A stretch of DNA of 63,330 nt, the filler included, from Circinaria calcarea (lineage: Eukaryota), in assembly GCA_051942165.1 (NCBI GenBank). It is 26 parts of 26 records of this genome, joined end to end, with 100 filler letters (N's around TTAATTAATTAA, not from the genome) between each part and the next. Parts side by side here need not be neighbours in the genome. Positions count along the whole stretch, not along the records: positions 1 to 2,352 come from JAVECS010003623.1; positions 2,453 to 4,803 come from JAVECS010003624.1; positions 4,904 to 7,254 come from JAVECS010003625.1; positions 7,355 to 9,705 come from JAVECS010003626.1; positions 9,806 to 12,154 come from JAVECS010003627.1; 21 more parts are not named here. The stretch is one strand, 5' to 3'. Within the stretch, counting starts at the first letter, position 1, and every line of letters begins with the position of its first letter. A program made the translations under genes and the position numbers. The notes under the pieces are model-generated. The model worked only from the letters and a program-made list of their open reading frames with translations. It was not told the DNA's origin and searched no databases. Of this stretch, positions 1 through 12,254 are shown in pieces.

Positions 1-654
1 CCCTTATTTACTATTTCCACCTTCTTTTTCTCTTCTTCCCTTTCAACAAAAGAGTGAAAAGAAAGGGGAAGGAAGAAGAAAAGTCAAACTTTAAAACCAC
101 CCCCCCAAAGAACAAACAGAAAAAAACAACAACAACAACACGAACATTGTAAGGCCGTAGAGTACTTTTCTTGAAAGGGATCTATGGCTAAGGTATGTGG
201 TAATGTGTGGCATGAGCAATACGATGGGTTATACGCAGTGTATTGGAGAACTAATCGTTAAGGAGGAAAACTATGTGCGTGAAAGGTTTTCACTATACGC
301 CAAGACGCCAGTTAAGCGAGGCCTCGCCACCCCCTAGGCATAGAACATAACAAACACGAGTGTAAGAATCCTTTAACGAATGGTATAAATGATTTTACGA
401 ATAAATAAGGGTCGATAAGCTATCTAATAAGATACTTAATTCATTCGCATAGTATATAAATAAATGATTGTTGAAAAAAATCTTGCCGATGTAACGGGGT
501 TTCCGCGAGAAAAAACCTTCAAATCCTCGGCTACCATATAATAAATGAATCAAATACCTCGTGACCTCGGTGTATAGAATTCATCCCGTATGGTAGGTGT
601 TCGTAAAGGGGTTTCTCCGGTGGTGGGAGGCTCTTACTTATAAACGAGAGAACG

Positions 655-717
655 GAGAAACGAGAAACGAGAAACGAGAAACGAGAAACGAGAAACGAGA
701 AACGAGAAACGAGAAAC
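655..717 (+). repeat. (GAGAAAC)9 heptanucleotide microsatellite
   Basis: Nine perfect tandem units read directly. Short (TACA)n and (TTCA)n runs follow at about 995-1055. Confidence 0.95.
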
Positions 718-2124
718 GAGAACAAAAAACAATTGGAATAAATAAATACATTTCGCTTCGGGCGGGGTATTCCCGTACAAAAATATACTATATAATGAAA
801 AAGCCCCCCCCTCCTGGTGTTCATACCCAAAAAGTTCCAAGAATCAGCGCCATTTATCTATTTCCATTTCCATGCAAAAAGAAGCCGCAAGCGTTCCGCG
901 CCCATATCTCTCCTTTTTTTTATATAAATGGAACCTTTATTTTCTCTCTTCCGTCTACTCGGCTCCGCGCCAAAGTAGGGTACCCATAAAAGCTTACATA
1001 CATACATACATACATACCAGATACCATAAGGGGGTTTCATTCATTCATTCATTCATGGGGTATCAATATGGTAAATACGGCCCGGGGCCATCAAAAGCCC
1101 CCCCACTCTGTACCATACCATACTCTGTACCATACCATAGCAAATTCGATTTACCTTCAACCCCCCCGTTGTGAAAAATTTTCCAACCTTTTTTTCAATT
1201 CAATGCTCAGGGCACAAAACGTGACCGGAGGAAGCATTTTCCATCAGGTTTCCTTTCCAAGCAAGGGGGAGGAAGGAAAGAAATCGAGAAAAAACCTCTC
1301 CCCCCCCGAGTGCCTAAAAATAGGCACGGGGCTTGACAATTACAAACACACCACACCTCTCCATTTCCGGCACAAAAAACCCTTCTTATTTTTGCAGAGG
1401 AACTCCGAAACGGGTAAGAATAGTTACAAGGTTGCATTTGTGCTTGTACTAGACTACATTTCCAAAAAAAAAAAAAAAAAAACTTCAGCCGGTAGGAAAC
1501 TTTGATGGATTTCTAATGCACAATGTAGACATTTCGTCCATCACCCCATCTTACACCCGATAGATAGGTTTCAATCATCTAGACCAAGTCACTCGACCAC
1601 CTTATCCGGTGGGAATGGACAACAGTATCAACGAAAATACACCCATCGGAACCCCTTCATCCCGGCAAGGAACGGTCCGACGAGAGCTTATGCTCGAGGA
1701 CCAATTGAAAAAAAGAACAGTGCCCCTCCATAGTAACACACCACTCTCCACCTCGATGAGCTCTGTCCACTGCTTAGCTCTTGTCTCTAATACCCCCTCA
1801 TTCCTCAAAAGAAACGCCGGATGAATGCAGCCCCAACCTGAATCAATGACCCGACGCAAACCTATGCAGAGAAAAGAAAACCTGGCGTATGCAGTAAACT
1901 TCACAAAAAGCACCGACGCAATGCAAAAATAAATGCTCGTACTTTAGCCATGTCGAGGAAAGAAAGATGGTTTTAAAAACGCCGACGCTAGAAAATGCTG
2001 ACAGATTAAGGACTTTTTCCTCCGAAACGCGCACAGACTCCCGTGGTAAAATTAAATGCGCCGATTATGTGCGGAGAAGTGTGCCGTGCCGAAGTGCATT
2101 TAAGCACAGACACTCACTAAGTGA

Positions 2125-2352
2125 TCAAAACCGTACGTTCGGCTGGGGTAGCGAAGGCCACTGCGAGTGGGCCATATGGTGGTGTGGATGAGGCCAGAAG
2201 TCCGGCTGCATATATGGCACGACCCCAGTTTTCCTTTCGCTTGGAGGTTTGCCGAGCGGTTGGTAATGCAGGTTGTTCAAGCCGAGATGCTGCGAGGGGT
2301 TGTGCATGGAAGCCGAAGGCGGCGGCACGAGCAACGTATTGGGCGGTCGTAA
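2125..2352 (-). CDS. C-terminal fragment of a conserved fungal protein, possibly a PHO80-like cyclin (Mug80/Clg1-like) tail; 5' partial
   Basis: Open from the contig edge: LRPPNTLLVPPPSASMHN...LHYQPLGKPPSERKTGVVPY...*. The NTLLxPPPSAS...HYQPLG...TGVVP pattern resembles the tail of Pezizomycotina cyclin-domain proteins (from recall). The cyclin box itself is not in the contig. Confidence 0.4.
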   Translation of the reverse strand, partial: LRPPNTLLVPPPSASMHNPSQHLGLNNLHYQPLGKPPSERKTGVVPYMQPDFWPHPHHHMAHSQWPSLPQPNVRF

Positions 2353-2452
2353 NNNNNNNNNNNNNNNNNNNNNNNNNNNNNNNNNNNNNNNNNNNNTTAA
2401 TTAATTAANNNNNNNNNNNNNNNNNNNNNNNNNNNNNNNNNNNNNNNNNNNN
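2353..2452. other. Artificial contig linker N44-TTAATTAATTAA-N44 (first of 25 copies)
   Basis: Identical 100-bp spacers start at 2353, 4804, 7255, 9706, 12155, 14604, 17051, 19498, 21939, 24379, 26819, 29259, 31698, 34137, 36576, 39014, 41452, 43887, 46321, 48754, 51186, 53618, 56048, 58476 and 60904. The core puts stop codons in all six frames. Intervening segments shrink monotonically from 2352 to 2327 bp. Confidence 0.99.
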
Positions 2453-2503
2453 ATACCTCCCTACCCTATATTGTAAGTTACATGCTAACATTTACTTTCA
2501 CAG

Positions 2504-2715
2504 GCGCTATACATCGTTTCTGCTACCGCCCTGGCCAACCCTGCTCCAAAGTTAAGCGAACTGCCGAGGCCATCGCCGAAGCCATCGCAGAACCAGCCGC
2601 GGAACCAGAACCAGAAGCCAGGAGAAAATACAACTTCTGCTACCGCCCTGGCCAGCCCTGCTCCAAGCACAAGCGAGCTCTCGAGAGCCTGGCCTCTACG
2701 GTAGAGAAGATCTAG
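2504..2715 (+). CDS. Last exon of an alpha-factor-like peptide pheromone precursor (Ppg1/Ccg-4/PpgA-like, Kex2-processed repeat protein); 5' partial
   Basis: Branch point GCTAAC at 2484 and CAG acceptor at 2501-2503. Encodes AIHRFCYRPGQPCSKVKR-TAEAIAEAIAEPAAEPEPEA-RRKYNFCYRPGQPCSKHKR-ALESLASTVEKI*: two CxxPGQPC repeats, KR sites and a run of X-A/X-P dipeptides. Confidence 0.8.
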
Positions 2716-4032
2716 GGTGCTCCCTTTCCTTTGGCACACACCAGTCTTCGATGATCTCAACCGGCTTCAACGATATAGGGAGACGGAAGATCGATCGCCG
2801 GCTAGCCTTGCAACACACACACTCCTTTTCAGCTCCCCCCTTTTCCCTTTGGCCTTTATCAAGTCTTGGTTGGCACCTTTGTAATACAGTCCTTTTTTCG
2901 GGAGAGTTTCGCACCATTCCAACTCGGGTCTTCGATCTTGACCAGAGTCCCTGTCCGGTACACAATCCGCACATAACGCAATATCTATTACGCCACCTGT
3001 ACGGCAGTCGAGGACTATTGGGAGATCGAGGAGACGAGTACAGGACAGACGGGTCTTGTCGGGTACGAAGCATCCCCTTGTTTTTGGTTTTTGACTTTGA
3101 AAACATTTATGCGAGCGTTGGTTCTCTCCTATTCTCGAATATGTCGATAGGAGTGTGTTTTTTTCTTTCCAGCTTCGGATAACTCTCCTTTATCGCCTCT
3201 CGGGGGCCGATTGACGGATGTTATCTGGAGCCGGTTCTTATTTATGGTTCTTTCTCTCTCAGCGATAGCTTGGCATATGTGCCGCAATAATGACAAGTCT
3301 GTAGACTATTGGATGCTCAAAGATGTGATAACTATATAGGTGAAGCCGGACCCTGCGGCTCTCTAGTCTACAGCTGGGGTAGCCAGGTCTGGACTAGTGT
3401 CCTTGCTCTTTTTTGATTCCCAAGTGAGGCGAGTTGACGGATACTTATGGGCATATATAATTTCACTACGTAATGATGAGGTACAGAATTCACTGAGGTA
3501 TGTTGTACAAGTCAAGTGGGACTTTCATGCGGTAGACTTATAAGAATGGTTTCTATCTGCTAATTAATAACCCAATCAAGCAATGAGAAGCGCATAAACG
3601 TGAGACTCGGGATTAATACACAGAAGACGTCGAGTTGTGCCTGAGATAACGTGCTTGAACGGGAACCATGATTGTGATGCCTATCCAGGCTAAAATTGTG
3701 GTTGATTCTGGGAGGAGAGCACCATGCCATGAGTGAGAATCCGACGATTGCGAAGGATTAGGGCGAGGACCAAATACTTATCTGTTGTGAGATGAAACCT
3801 GCCTGGAAAGAGCTACGTCGACAGCGAAACCGTCCTAGGAGACTAGCAAGCCGTGCTAATTCAAGTATCTCAGTAAACGTACGACGGTGAGCTTACCAGG
3901 TTCGTTAACGCATCATCCACAAAACAAGCCTCCGCGCATGGTAATTGGTCAGCGAGAGCACCAGAGTGAAATTAAAGGGTGGGCGGAGTATCTGCAAAGG
4001 GTATCTAGATACCACCATTCTATTACCGACAT

Positions 4033-4803
4033 CTAGAGCATCTCTTCATCCTCTTGACTGGTGGCACCTACCGCGATATGAGTTGGCACATGGAGTTGAT
4101 TCATCTGATCAAAGAGCCCGTATTGGTGTTCCACCGGTTGACCAGCGGAGTTATGTCGCCACCACTCCCTTCCTCGAAAAACTGGATCTGTCGAGTGCTG
4201 GTAGTGACCGCCAACCACCGATTCGGATGGCAAATGCGTCTCCTTTACGTAGAGCCCGGTCTGCAGCTGTTGATCGTACTCCCTTTGTGCTAGCGTTTCA
4301 TAACCAGATGTCATGTAAGGCTCCATGGTCTGGCAATCTCCCTGGTTTAGGCTGTTCAAAGTCGTCGTGTGCTCCCCTATTTTGCTATTTGTGTCAGTCT
4401 GCGTTGCCAGCTCCCCCTTTCTCTGCAATCGCAGCCTAGCCATTTCTTCTTCTTGCTCAAGCGTCGTACGACACCATCCACCAAGCTCATCCGATAGTTC
4501 CTGTGTCCCATAAGCCGTATAATCTGGCGGAGAGATACGCCAAAGTTCCAAAAGGCGTGTTCGTTGGTCTGAAGCTGCCTGTTCGAAGAGAACCAGCTGC
4601 GTTGGCAACAACAACGAAGGGTTGATGCCGTTCTGAATTAGAATTTCTTTAGTGTCGATAGGAGCATCGAATGACCATCCGATATTCTGAGGTTGGGAGA
4701 CCTCCGCAGGGGTTGATTTTTTTGCAAGATGTGCAGAGTGATGATAGTGTTGACTGATACTGTAAGTTGGTGGCGTACTCTCGCAGGACATATGATCATT
4801 GGG
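4033..4803 (-). CDS. Conserved fungal hypothetical protein, possibly 5' partial
   Basis: Uninterrupted ORF of at least 252 aa with globular-looking motifs (ILIQNGINPSLLLPTQLVLFEQA..QRTRLLELWRISPP; EPYMTSGYETLAQREY). Confidence 0.7.
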   Translation of the reverse strand, partial: PNDHMSCESTPPTYSISQHYHHSAHLAKKSTPAEVSQPQNIGWSFDAPIDTKEILIQNGINPSLLLPTQLVLFEQAASDQRTRLLELWRISPPDYTAYGTQELSDELGGWCRTTLEQEEEMARLRLQRKGELATQTDTNSKIGEHTTTLNSLNQGDCQTMEPYMTSGYETLAQREYDQQLQTGLYVKETHLPSESVVGGHYQHSTDPVFRGREWWRHNSAGQPVEHQYGLFDQMNQLHVPTHIAVGATSQEDEEML

Positions 4804-4903
4804 NNNNNNNNNNNNNNNNNNNNNNNNNNNNNNNNNNNNNNNNNNNNTTAATTAATTAANNNNNNNNNNNNNNNNNNNNNNNNNNNNNNNNNNNNNNNNN
4901 NNN

Positions 4904-5161
4904 CAGGAGCTTGAAGAGGGTCTAGAGGATGCCAGGAGAGGAGAAGCCGAGGCAAGAGGCGAGAACGAATTTCTACGAGGGGAGGTTGAGCGTGTCAGGG
5001 CTGAATTACGTCGGGAAAGAGAGCAGAACAGTCAACCGAATGAGATGGAGAATCAGGGGAACGAAGCTGAGGAGCATGCTAGTGTGGATGCAGACAAGTG
5101 GTGCGCCTTGTGTGAAGGTGATGGGCACGACAGTATAAGTTGTCCGTATGAGAAGCCTTGA
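4904..5161 (+). CDS. C-terminus of a CLIP-170/Bik1/ClipA-like microtubule plus-end protein; 5' partial (missed by the ORF track)
   Basis: Read from the contig edge: coiled coil QELEEGLEDARRGEAEARGENEFLRGEVERVRAELRRERE followed by a CCHC zinc knuckle KWCALCEGDGHDSISCPYEKP*. Confidence 0.75.
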   Translation, partial: QELEEGLEDARRGEAEARGENEFLRGEVERVRAELRREREQNSQPNEMENQGNEAEEHASVDADKWCALCEGDGHDSISCPYEKP

Positions 5162-5532
5162 GGTGATTATCGGCAGAGGTGTTCTCACTGTAATACTAAT
5201 AATATTTCACCGTTAAACAGCTGTGGCTGCTAAGCCTAATCACGGCTGTCTTCTTGCTATGAAACAGCCTGAACTGGTATACTTTTTTCTGGTTGATAAA
5301 ATAACATCTTATCAGATCAGAACATTACAGTACATGCACATCATTCTATGAAGTATAGTCTTGAGTAAGATTCACGTAATTCATCTAGATAAGAATGTAT
5401 GATGAATGGTACACTTAGCACAGTTCCATCCTACTCTAGGGACTCAAGGATACCACAGCCCTACCGCGGACGCGACTCCGTGGTCTTACGCTGCGGCCTT
5501 CCCCCTTTCACAACCGTCGCGAACCAGCGGTA

Positions 5533-6922
5533 ATGGCGCAAATTGTAATGGATCTGATATCTTCCTTGGCCAATTGCATGTTCTGCTTTCCCGGGTCACC
5601 GCACCTGAAAGTCGGCAGTAAACAATACAAACTACTGCGACTCCTTGGAGAAGTAAGCTCTTCCACCCCCAGAACCCTTCACTGACAATTCAACCTCTGA
5701 CGAAAGCCGTGCTACAGGGCGGATTTTCCTACGTATATCTCGTGCAAGAAAGCTCTACCGGCCAGCTCTACGCCCTCAAAAAGATCCGCTGTCCCTTTGG
5801 CCAGGAATCCGTCTCTCATGCCCTCAAAGAAGTAGAAGCCTATGCGCTCTTCTCCCCCCATCCGAACATCATCCACTGCATTGATCACAGCGTTACTTCG
5901 GCGAAAGATAAGTCGGATCCAGGAAGCAAGACCGTCTACATATTACTCCCATACTATCGGAGAGGGAATCTGCAAGATGCCATCAACGCGAATCTGGTCA
6001 ATCATACAAAGTTCCCGGAACGGAGGCTGATGGTGCTATTTCTGGGAGTCGCGAGGGCTCTCAAGGCAATGCATCAGTATCGGGTCAAGGGCGCACCCGG
6101 CGGAGCGAGAGCACAGAAAAAAGCAAGAGCCGTACGGCGGGAAGCCGCGGAAGCAGACGAAGATGCGGCGAGGAAGACAGAGCGGCGGCGGAAAAGCAGC
6201 GAGCGGGAACGGGAGCCAGGAGAGGGCGACCAGGCCGATATCGAGCAACAGCCGCTGATGGCGGGTGAGGTAACAAGGAGTCAGGAAGGGGTAGGGGAGG
6301 GCGATCTACGACCCTACGCCCATCGAGACATCAAGCCCGGTAAACCATCCCCTTCCTACAATAAAGCAAGGGAAAGTACTGATTCCATGCCCCAGGAAAC
6401 ATCATGATCGCCGACGACGGCACCACCCCAATCCTCATGGACCTCGGCTCCCTTGCCCCCTCCCCTACCCCCATCACCTCGCGATCCCTCGCCCTCGCTG
6501 TTCAGGACACCGCCGCTGAACACAGCACCATGCCCTACCGCGCCCCTGAGCTTTTTGACGTCAAAACGGGCTCCGTCATCGACACCAAAGTCGATATCTG
6601 GTCACTGGGATGTACTCTCTACGCCTGCCTGGTCGGCAAGAGCCCCTTTGAGGCGCGCAGCGAGGAGACGGGCGGCAGTCTCAGTATCTGTGTGTTGGGC
6701 GGGGATTGGCGGTTCCCGGACGAGCGGCAGCAGAATGGGAAGGGGAAGGCGAGCGTGGGTGCAGTGGCGGGTAAAGGGGATGGAGGGATTAGCGAGGAGG
6801 TGAAGGAGGTGGTGAGGCGCTGCTTGAGGGTAGAGCCGGCGGAGCGGCCCGATGTCGACGAGGTGATTGCGATGGTCGAGGGTGTGGTAGCGGAGTTGCC
6901 GGAGGACGAGGGGGAAGAGTAA
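5533..6922 (+). CDS. ENV7: NAK-family Ser/Thr kinase Env7/STK16 orthologue, complete, 3 exons (5533-5652, 5718-6339, 6396-6922)
   Basis: LGE|GGFSYVYLV G-loop, ALKKI, HRDIKPGN, DLGS, TMPYRAPE and DIWSLG motifs. N-terminal CMFCFP is a palmitoylation-type Cys pair. Canonical GT-AG introns restore the frame. Confidence 0.92.
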
Positions 6923-7354
6923 AACTATTCATGGCTCGGGTTAGGGTGCGGGTTTTGGCTTGCGGGAGGAGGTTTAGCATTATACCAGGGGCGTCCTGAC
7001 ATTGGTTTCCTAGGTCCCAACAACTTGCGTGCGGGGAAGGGGCTTCGCGGTGAAATAATAAGCTACATGGAGGCAGAGGGTGCCTATCGACTTTGGACAT
7101 CCAAAATTTCAAAAGGCAGCTCTTGTACAATAGAACAGAGTCCCCTCGCCCAAAGGGCGTGTGGAAATGTGATTAGAAAGCTCGTCTATCATGAAATCGC
7201 ATACCAGACAACCCATCTCATCACCCCCTCCCCCTCCCCATCGCTCCCAAAACCNNNNNNNNNNNNNNNNNNNNNNNNNNNNNNNNNNNNNNNNNNNNTT
7301 AATTAATTAANNNNNNNNNNNNNNNNNNNNNNNNNNNNNNNNNNNNNNNNNNNN

Positions 7355-7630
7355 ATTACCGTACTCTGCTCCTTGGCACTGAGCGCCCAAACGATTGAGA
7401 TGACCAGGCTCTCTGACCAAGTCCATCAAATCGGGGGATCGCCCAAGCCGCCTGCTGCACAAACGCAATTGCTGGATGTCGCGTAAGTTGAGGCAGCGAA
7501 ACAACTCGTTTGAAGCGTCCCGTGGGAGCATGTCAATGATGAGCTCGAGGCCCGAAAGGTTAGGATTGTGGGAATCGATTCGGCTTTGCTCGAGCATCGT
7601 TGTAGGTACCATTGTTGATTGTTCGGCCAT
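7355..7630 (-). CDS. Putative F-box-like protein N-terminus; 3' partial
   Basis: IIDMLPRDASNELFRCLNLRDIQQLRLCSRRL fits the F-box pattern LPxE...I..xL...DL..LRLVSRR. Confidence 0.55.
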
Positions 7631-8779
7631 CGTGATGGTGGTCCTGTAGGTAATTTATGTGCTTTTGAATATGTGGCAAATGCTGTAGTTGGACGTTTCA
7701 AAGAGCCTTGGTACAATCTTCGTGTAGGTTTGGAAGATGATGGTTTGGTAAGATGACTCTGGATGAACTGTTGTCCTCTAGTCACCAGGACCAAGTAGAG
7801 CTTTTATACCAGGATGAGAAGGACAGGAGTAGTTTGTTTGCCCAAAAAGCCTTGTCTGTTTGACAGATTCACAAAGAACCATATTCGCCCCCGAACAATG
7901 GCATTGTCAAGAAACTTCAACACCCCCGAACAATGGCACTGTCAAGAGACTTTCACCGACCGAGTTCAACAAAGACAAACGACACAACAGCACACACTAA
8001 GGCCCATCTTTTCGGGGGGGGGGAGAAAGGGGATGGGTCAGCAGGGTGAGAACCGGCAGTCCAATTTCCCTTCACAACGAATTGAAAGAAGATACCAGAC
8101 AACATGGGTAAATCTGTAGAAAGTAGAGAAGATGTTGAGTTGCCATATCAGACAAAAAGACCAGACCAGAACTCCTTTAGCATAGCCGAATCCATGCAGA
8201 TGTTGAATAATGCTATATCCTCCGAGCTTGCACGTTTCACACAAAACAAAAACAGTGGAGAGGTGCGAACCGGCGTTCCAGCCCCCGGGAGGCTGATCGG
8301 GAAGACCTCTTGATTGGACAACATGTAACCAGACAAGGTACTCCGTATCGGAACGACCTGAAGGGAGTTGTCACACGGACCAGATTTCTCAGCTTTAACG
8401 CCAAGGGCCAAAGTTCAAACGAAAACCGTCGCAACGATCCATACCTCATCATCCCTCCATCTGCACACTTGGTCGGATTGTAAGCCACGGTGGTCTCAGG
8501 AAGGATCTCAATGCCTGTCTGAAGGTTGAATACCAAGAACATTCATTAAGTTTACCACGCTGAAGCATCAATACTAACGCTGGGATTCAGCAAGAACAAC
8601 CGTGTATATGATAAAAGTGAAAACACAATACAACAACTACATGTCATCAAAGACTACCTCCGGTGGAAAAACCGATTGCGGACTGATGCATTGCAGACCA
8701 ATCACGCCGCAATGACGCCAGAATTATTGCCAGGTTCGTTCCAACATAGTAACTCATGTACCAAGGTAAAGGCGCTTAA

Positions 8780-9705
8780 TCAAGAGCCAGAGTAGGCCTT
8801 GTCGACCTCCTTCTGATACTTGCTCAAGATTCCCTTGCGGTTGATCTTTTGTGCCGCCGTGATCAAGCCCTGTTGTATGGGTCAGGAATTTGATCGGAGA
8901 AGGAAGGAGGATCATGAATATACTCACGTTTGCCGCCGTCCATTCTTCGTCTGCAAGGACTACACCTTCGATAATCTCAATGCCACTTAAACCCCCTTGC
9001 CTTCCCGCATTTTGAAGCTCCTTCAGTATAATCCGGTTTAGCTTCTCGCTATGCACCAAATCCTCAAGGCCGTTGCCCTCGACGCCGTTTTCTTTTGCAA
9101 GCTTCTTCAGGGCCGGCTCAGCAGGGACAATGATGGCGACGGGCTTTAGCTTGTCAGTTGCAGCATATACGCAGATATTGGCCACGATTGTGGCAGCTCT
9201 GTAGATGGATTCGAGCTAGAAAATACGGAATTTCCGTCAGTATTCCATCGAAACTTGTATACAGTCAAGTTCACCTTTTCTAGCGCGATATACTCCCCGT
9301 TCAATGTCTTCACCAAATTCTTCTTCCGATCGATTAGTTTGAGATGTCCGTTCTTGTCCCATTCACCAATATCACCGGTCTTGAACCATCCATCGCTGGT
9401 GAAAGCATCTTGTGTCTCTTTCTCGTTCTCGTAATATCTATCAACGACGCTGTCTCCACGCAACCAAATCTCTCCTTGAGGTGGGTTGTTCTTGGCGTAG
9501 TAACCGGCGTCTGGAAAGTCAACAAGCTTTACTTCCAACGACGAAGGGATATCACCAATTGCATTATCAGTCCAATGCATAGGATCCATCAAAGCACCCA
9601 TGCCTGTCGTTTCAGTCAAGCCGTAGCCTGAAAGCATGGGCGCTATGGCGTATGAGATGAACCGCTGGGTATCTTTAGCAACGGGGCCACCGCCATTCAA
9701 GCATA
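8780..9705 (-). CDS. Long-chain fatty acyl-CoA synthetase (Faa1/Faa4-like), 5' partial; exons 9705-9275, 9215-8928, 8869-8780
   Basis: GYGLTET, GWFKTGDIGEWD and IDRKKNLVKTLNGEYIALEK|LESIYR ANL/FACS signatures; ends GLITAAQKINRKGI...AYSGS*. Confidence 0.93.
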
Positions 9706-9805
9706 NNNNNNNNNNNNNNNNNNNNNNNNNNNNNNNNNNNNNNNNNNNNTTAATTAATTAANNNNNNNNNNNNNNNNNNNNNNNNNNNNNNNNNNNNNNN
9801 NNNNN

Positions 9806-11347
9806 TGTCGACAATTTCTCCCATCGTACCTAGCTCCACACAGGCAAAACACTGGGCAAAGAAGTACCGAACCGAGATCGCAGCTAGCTCAAGCAGCGTC
9901 CTGTCGACCTTCGTGGCCGTAAGTATATATCTCCGAGCAGATAAGAATATCAAGAAACTATGGCTAATAGACAGATAGTACCCTTTAGACTCCGTCAAGA
10001 CTCGAATGCAAGCGTACGTCTATGGCACAATCCTCTGGTCCGTCAGTGGGTCGAGCATCAGCTGATCTGTTGAAGCTACAAATTCCACCATTTTACAGAT
10101 TGTGTGCAACACACGTTCAAGACAGAGGGATACAAGGGGTTCTGGCGTGGTATGTGGTCCTCGAAATCTTGAAAGAACTTGAGGGGTTAGCCGTATCATT
10201 GATCCTGGATTTTATATTGGTATCACAATGACTAGTGATGGCTATTGTTCGCTCGCTTCAGATGGCATGGACCTAAGTAGTGACGATTTGGACTACAGTG
10301 CAGGGTCAGAGCGATCAGGGCTAATACTGCAACGCCTGCTCTAGGTGTTGTTGCTCCCCTCGCTAGTGTCACTCTTGTGAGAACGGTCTCTTTTTCGATC
10401 TACCAGAAAGCAAAGTATAAATACTCCGCTGCCATTGGGGCTGCAACAGGTACAGAGGAGCCTCTCATGGTAGTCAACCGACCAGGAAGTGTTCCCACAC
10501 TAGGTACGGTGGCATGTTTTGGAGCTGCGGGGGCTACCGCCGGTGCCCTTATCACAGCTGTCGCTTGTAAGTTTTCCAAAGTCTGAGATGGTATATGTTA
10601 ATAGGATCGCAGGTCCTTTTGAGTTGACGAAGCTGTCGGCGCAAATCTCTGTCCTAATGGCGGCAAGTAAAACCCCGAGCGCTGATGACCCCGTAAAGCG
10701 AAGCTACCAACAAAAGGGAGCTTTGAAGACTGCCCAAAACATCGTACTGCATCGTGGCGTTTCGGGTTTATACTCGGGGTTTCATCTACATTTATGTGAG
10801 TTGATCTGTAGCTGCCGTGAGTTTTTCGGGACGGATATGCTGACACTGTTACGAAGTGCGGGATACTATTGGAACCGGCATATACTTTATGACCTACGAG
10901 AGCGGTAAACAATTGCTGGTCAAGTTCCAAGGCAGTGATTCTCCTACTTCCCCCCTTTCGGTAGCCATGGCAGGTGGCCTTTGCGGTGTAGTCTCATGGG
11001 CTTGCGTAAGTCATCTGTTATTATAGTACCTTCACAAACCTCATATCTAGTTTAGATATATCCCATCGACTCGGCAAAAACACACTATCAACGTAACTGT
11101 TTGATGAAGGCGAAAGGACAACCTGTGAAGACGTCAAAAGTCCAATACTTCAAAATGGGCATGTATCGGGGTACGTCTTGCAACCTCATATCCGACTTCG
11201 ATTCCGAAACTGAATCTTCCTACAGGTCTCGGTGTTTCAATGGCTCGATCTTGTCTCATTAATACAATTTTCTTTTCTGCATTCGAATACGTCAAGAAAG
11301 AGATCAATAGGCTCGAAGATCCAATCGACACTAGGAAGAAAATATAA
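9806..11347 (+). CDS. Mitochondrial carrier family (SLC25) protein, about 8 exons, near complete
   Basis: Three carrier signatures recovered across GT-AG introns: YPLDSVKTRMQ, CPFELTKLSAQ, YPIDSAKTHYQ. Ends ...FEYVKKEINRLEDPIDTRKKI*. Confidence 0.88.
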
Positions 11348-12254
11348 CCAATCTTCTGCTAATTCATCACCTTGTGACGTTATGAGGTGACTGCCTTTGT
11401 ATATATGACATTTGCTTTGCGTGCTGCTTGCATTTACGTCACGGATGGCTATATTTGGGCGGATAGGTATTAGGATCCTCTCCATTGAGGTGTGACCTCG
11501 TAAAACTGGAACTACTGGCGCATATCACAATAGAGACAGGGCTCTATAAATCATGGATCTTGGGATCATGGGTTCAGAACTTAAGATGATTCGGATTTAG
11601 AAGTCCCATTCCCACGTAATTATCCATCCTCGCATAACCCATATTTCTCTCGCGTTTCAAGGGCTGCTATCCTAATCTACCATATGTAGGCAGATTTTGT
11701 ACTCAAAACCTGGCTCCAAATGCCCCTTTATGGTCGCCCTTTCCAATTCCTTTTAGATTTTCATGGTACATGCTAGGGTTTGAGGCTAACAGTAACAGCG
11801 GTGTCTCCAACTACAAAAGGTTTGAAAAGAGATAAGACATTGAACTTTATCCTTGTTCGACGAACTTTTTTCTTCCACCTATATATACTCTATGCAGCCA
11901 GCTGCAGTCTCCCCAAAACCTACTGTACCATATAAACCACGCCAGGCGGTGGGAGGGAGTTCCCCCGCTCATTGGGAAACAGACATGCTTTACTTTTCCA
12001 GCATATGCCTGTAGCCCTTGTGTTCCTTTTCAAGATGGACACCGTAATTCCCGTTCCCGCCCTAATCCATTTTGGCTACCTACCCAACCCAACCCGGAAG
12101 TGACACTATCCGTATGCTATCTATCTATCTATCCCGCTCGTTCAAGTCTAGCCCNNNNNNNNNNNNNNNNNNNNNNNNNNNNNNNNNNNNNNNNNNNNTT
12201 AATTAATTAANNNNNNNNNNNNNNNNNNNNNNNNNNNNNNNNNNNNNNNNNNNN

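Noticed and set aside
531..989. ORFs with RNEKRET / FSFLVSR repeats
   Set aside because: They are translations of the (GAGAAAC)9 microsatellite.
7888..7955. About 35-bp tandem duplication CCCCCGAACAATGGCA.TGTCAAGA
   Set aside because: Only two imperfect copies in intergenic DNA, with no evidence of function.
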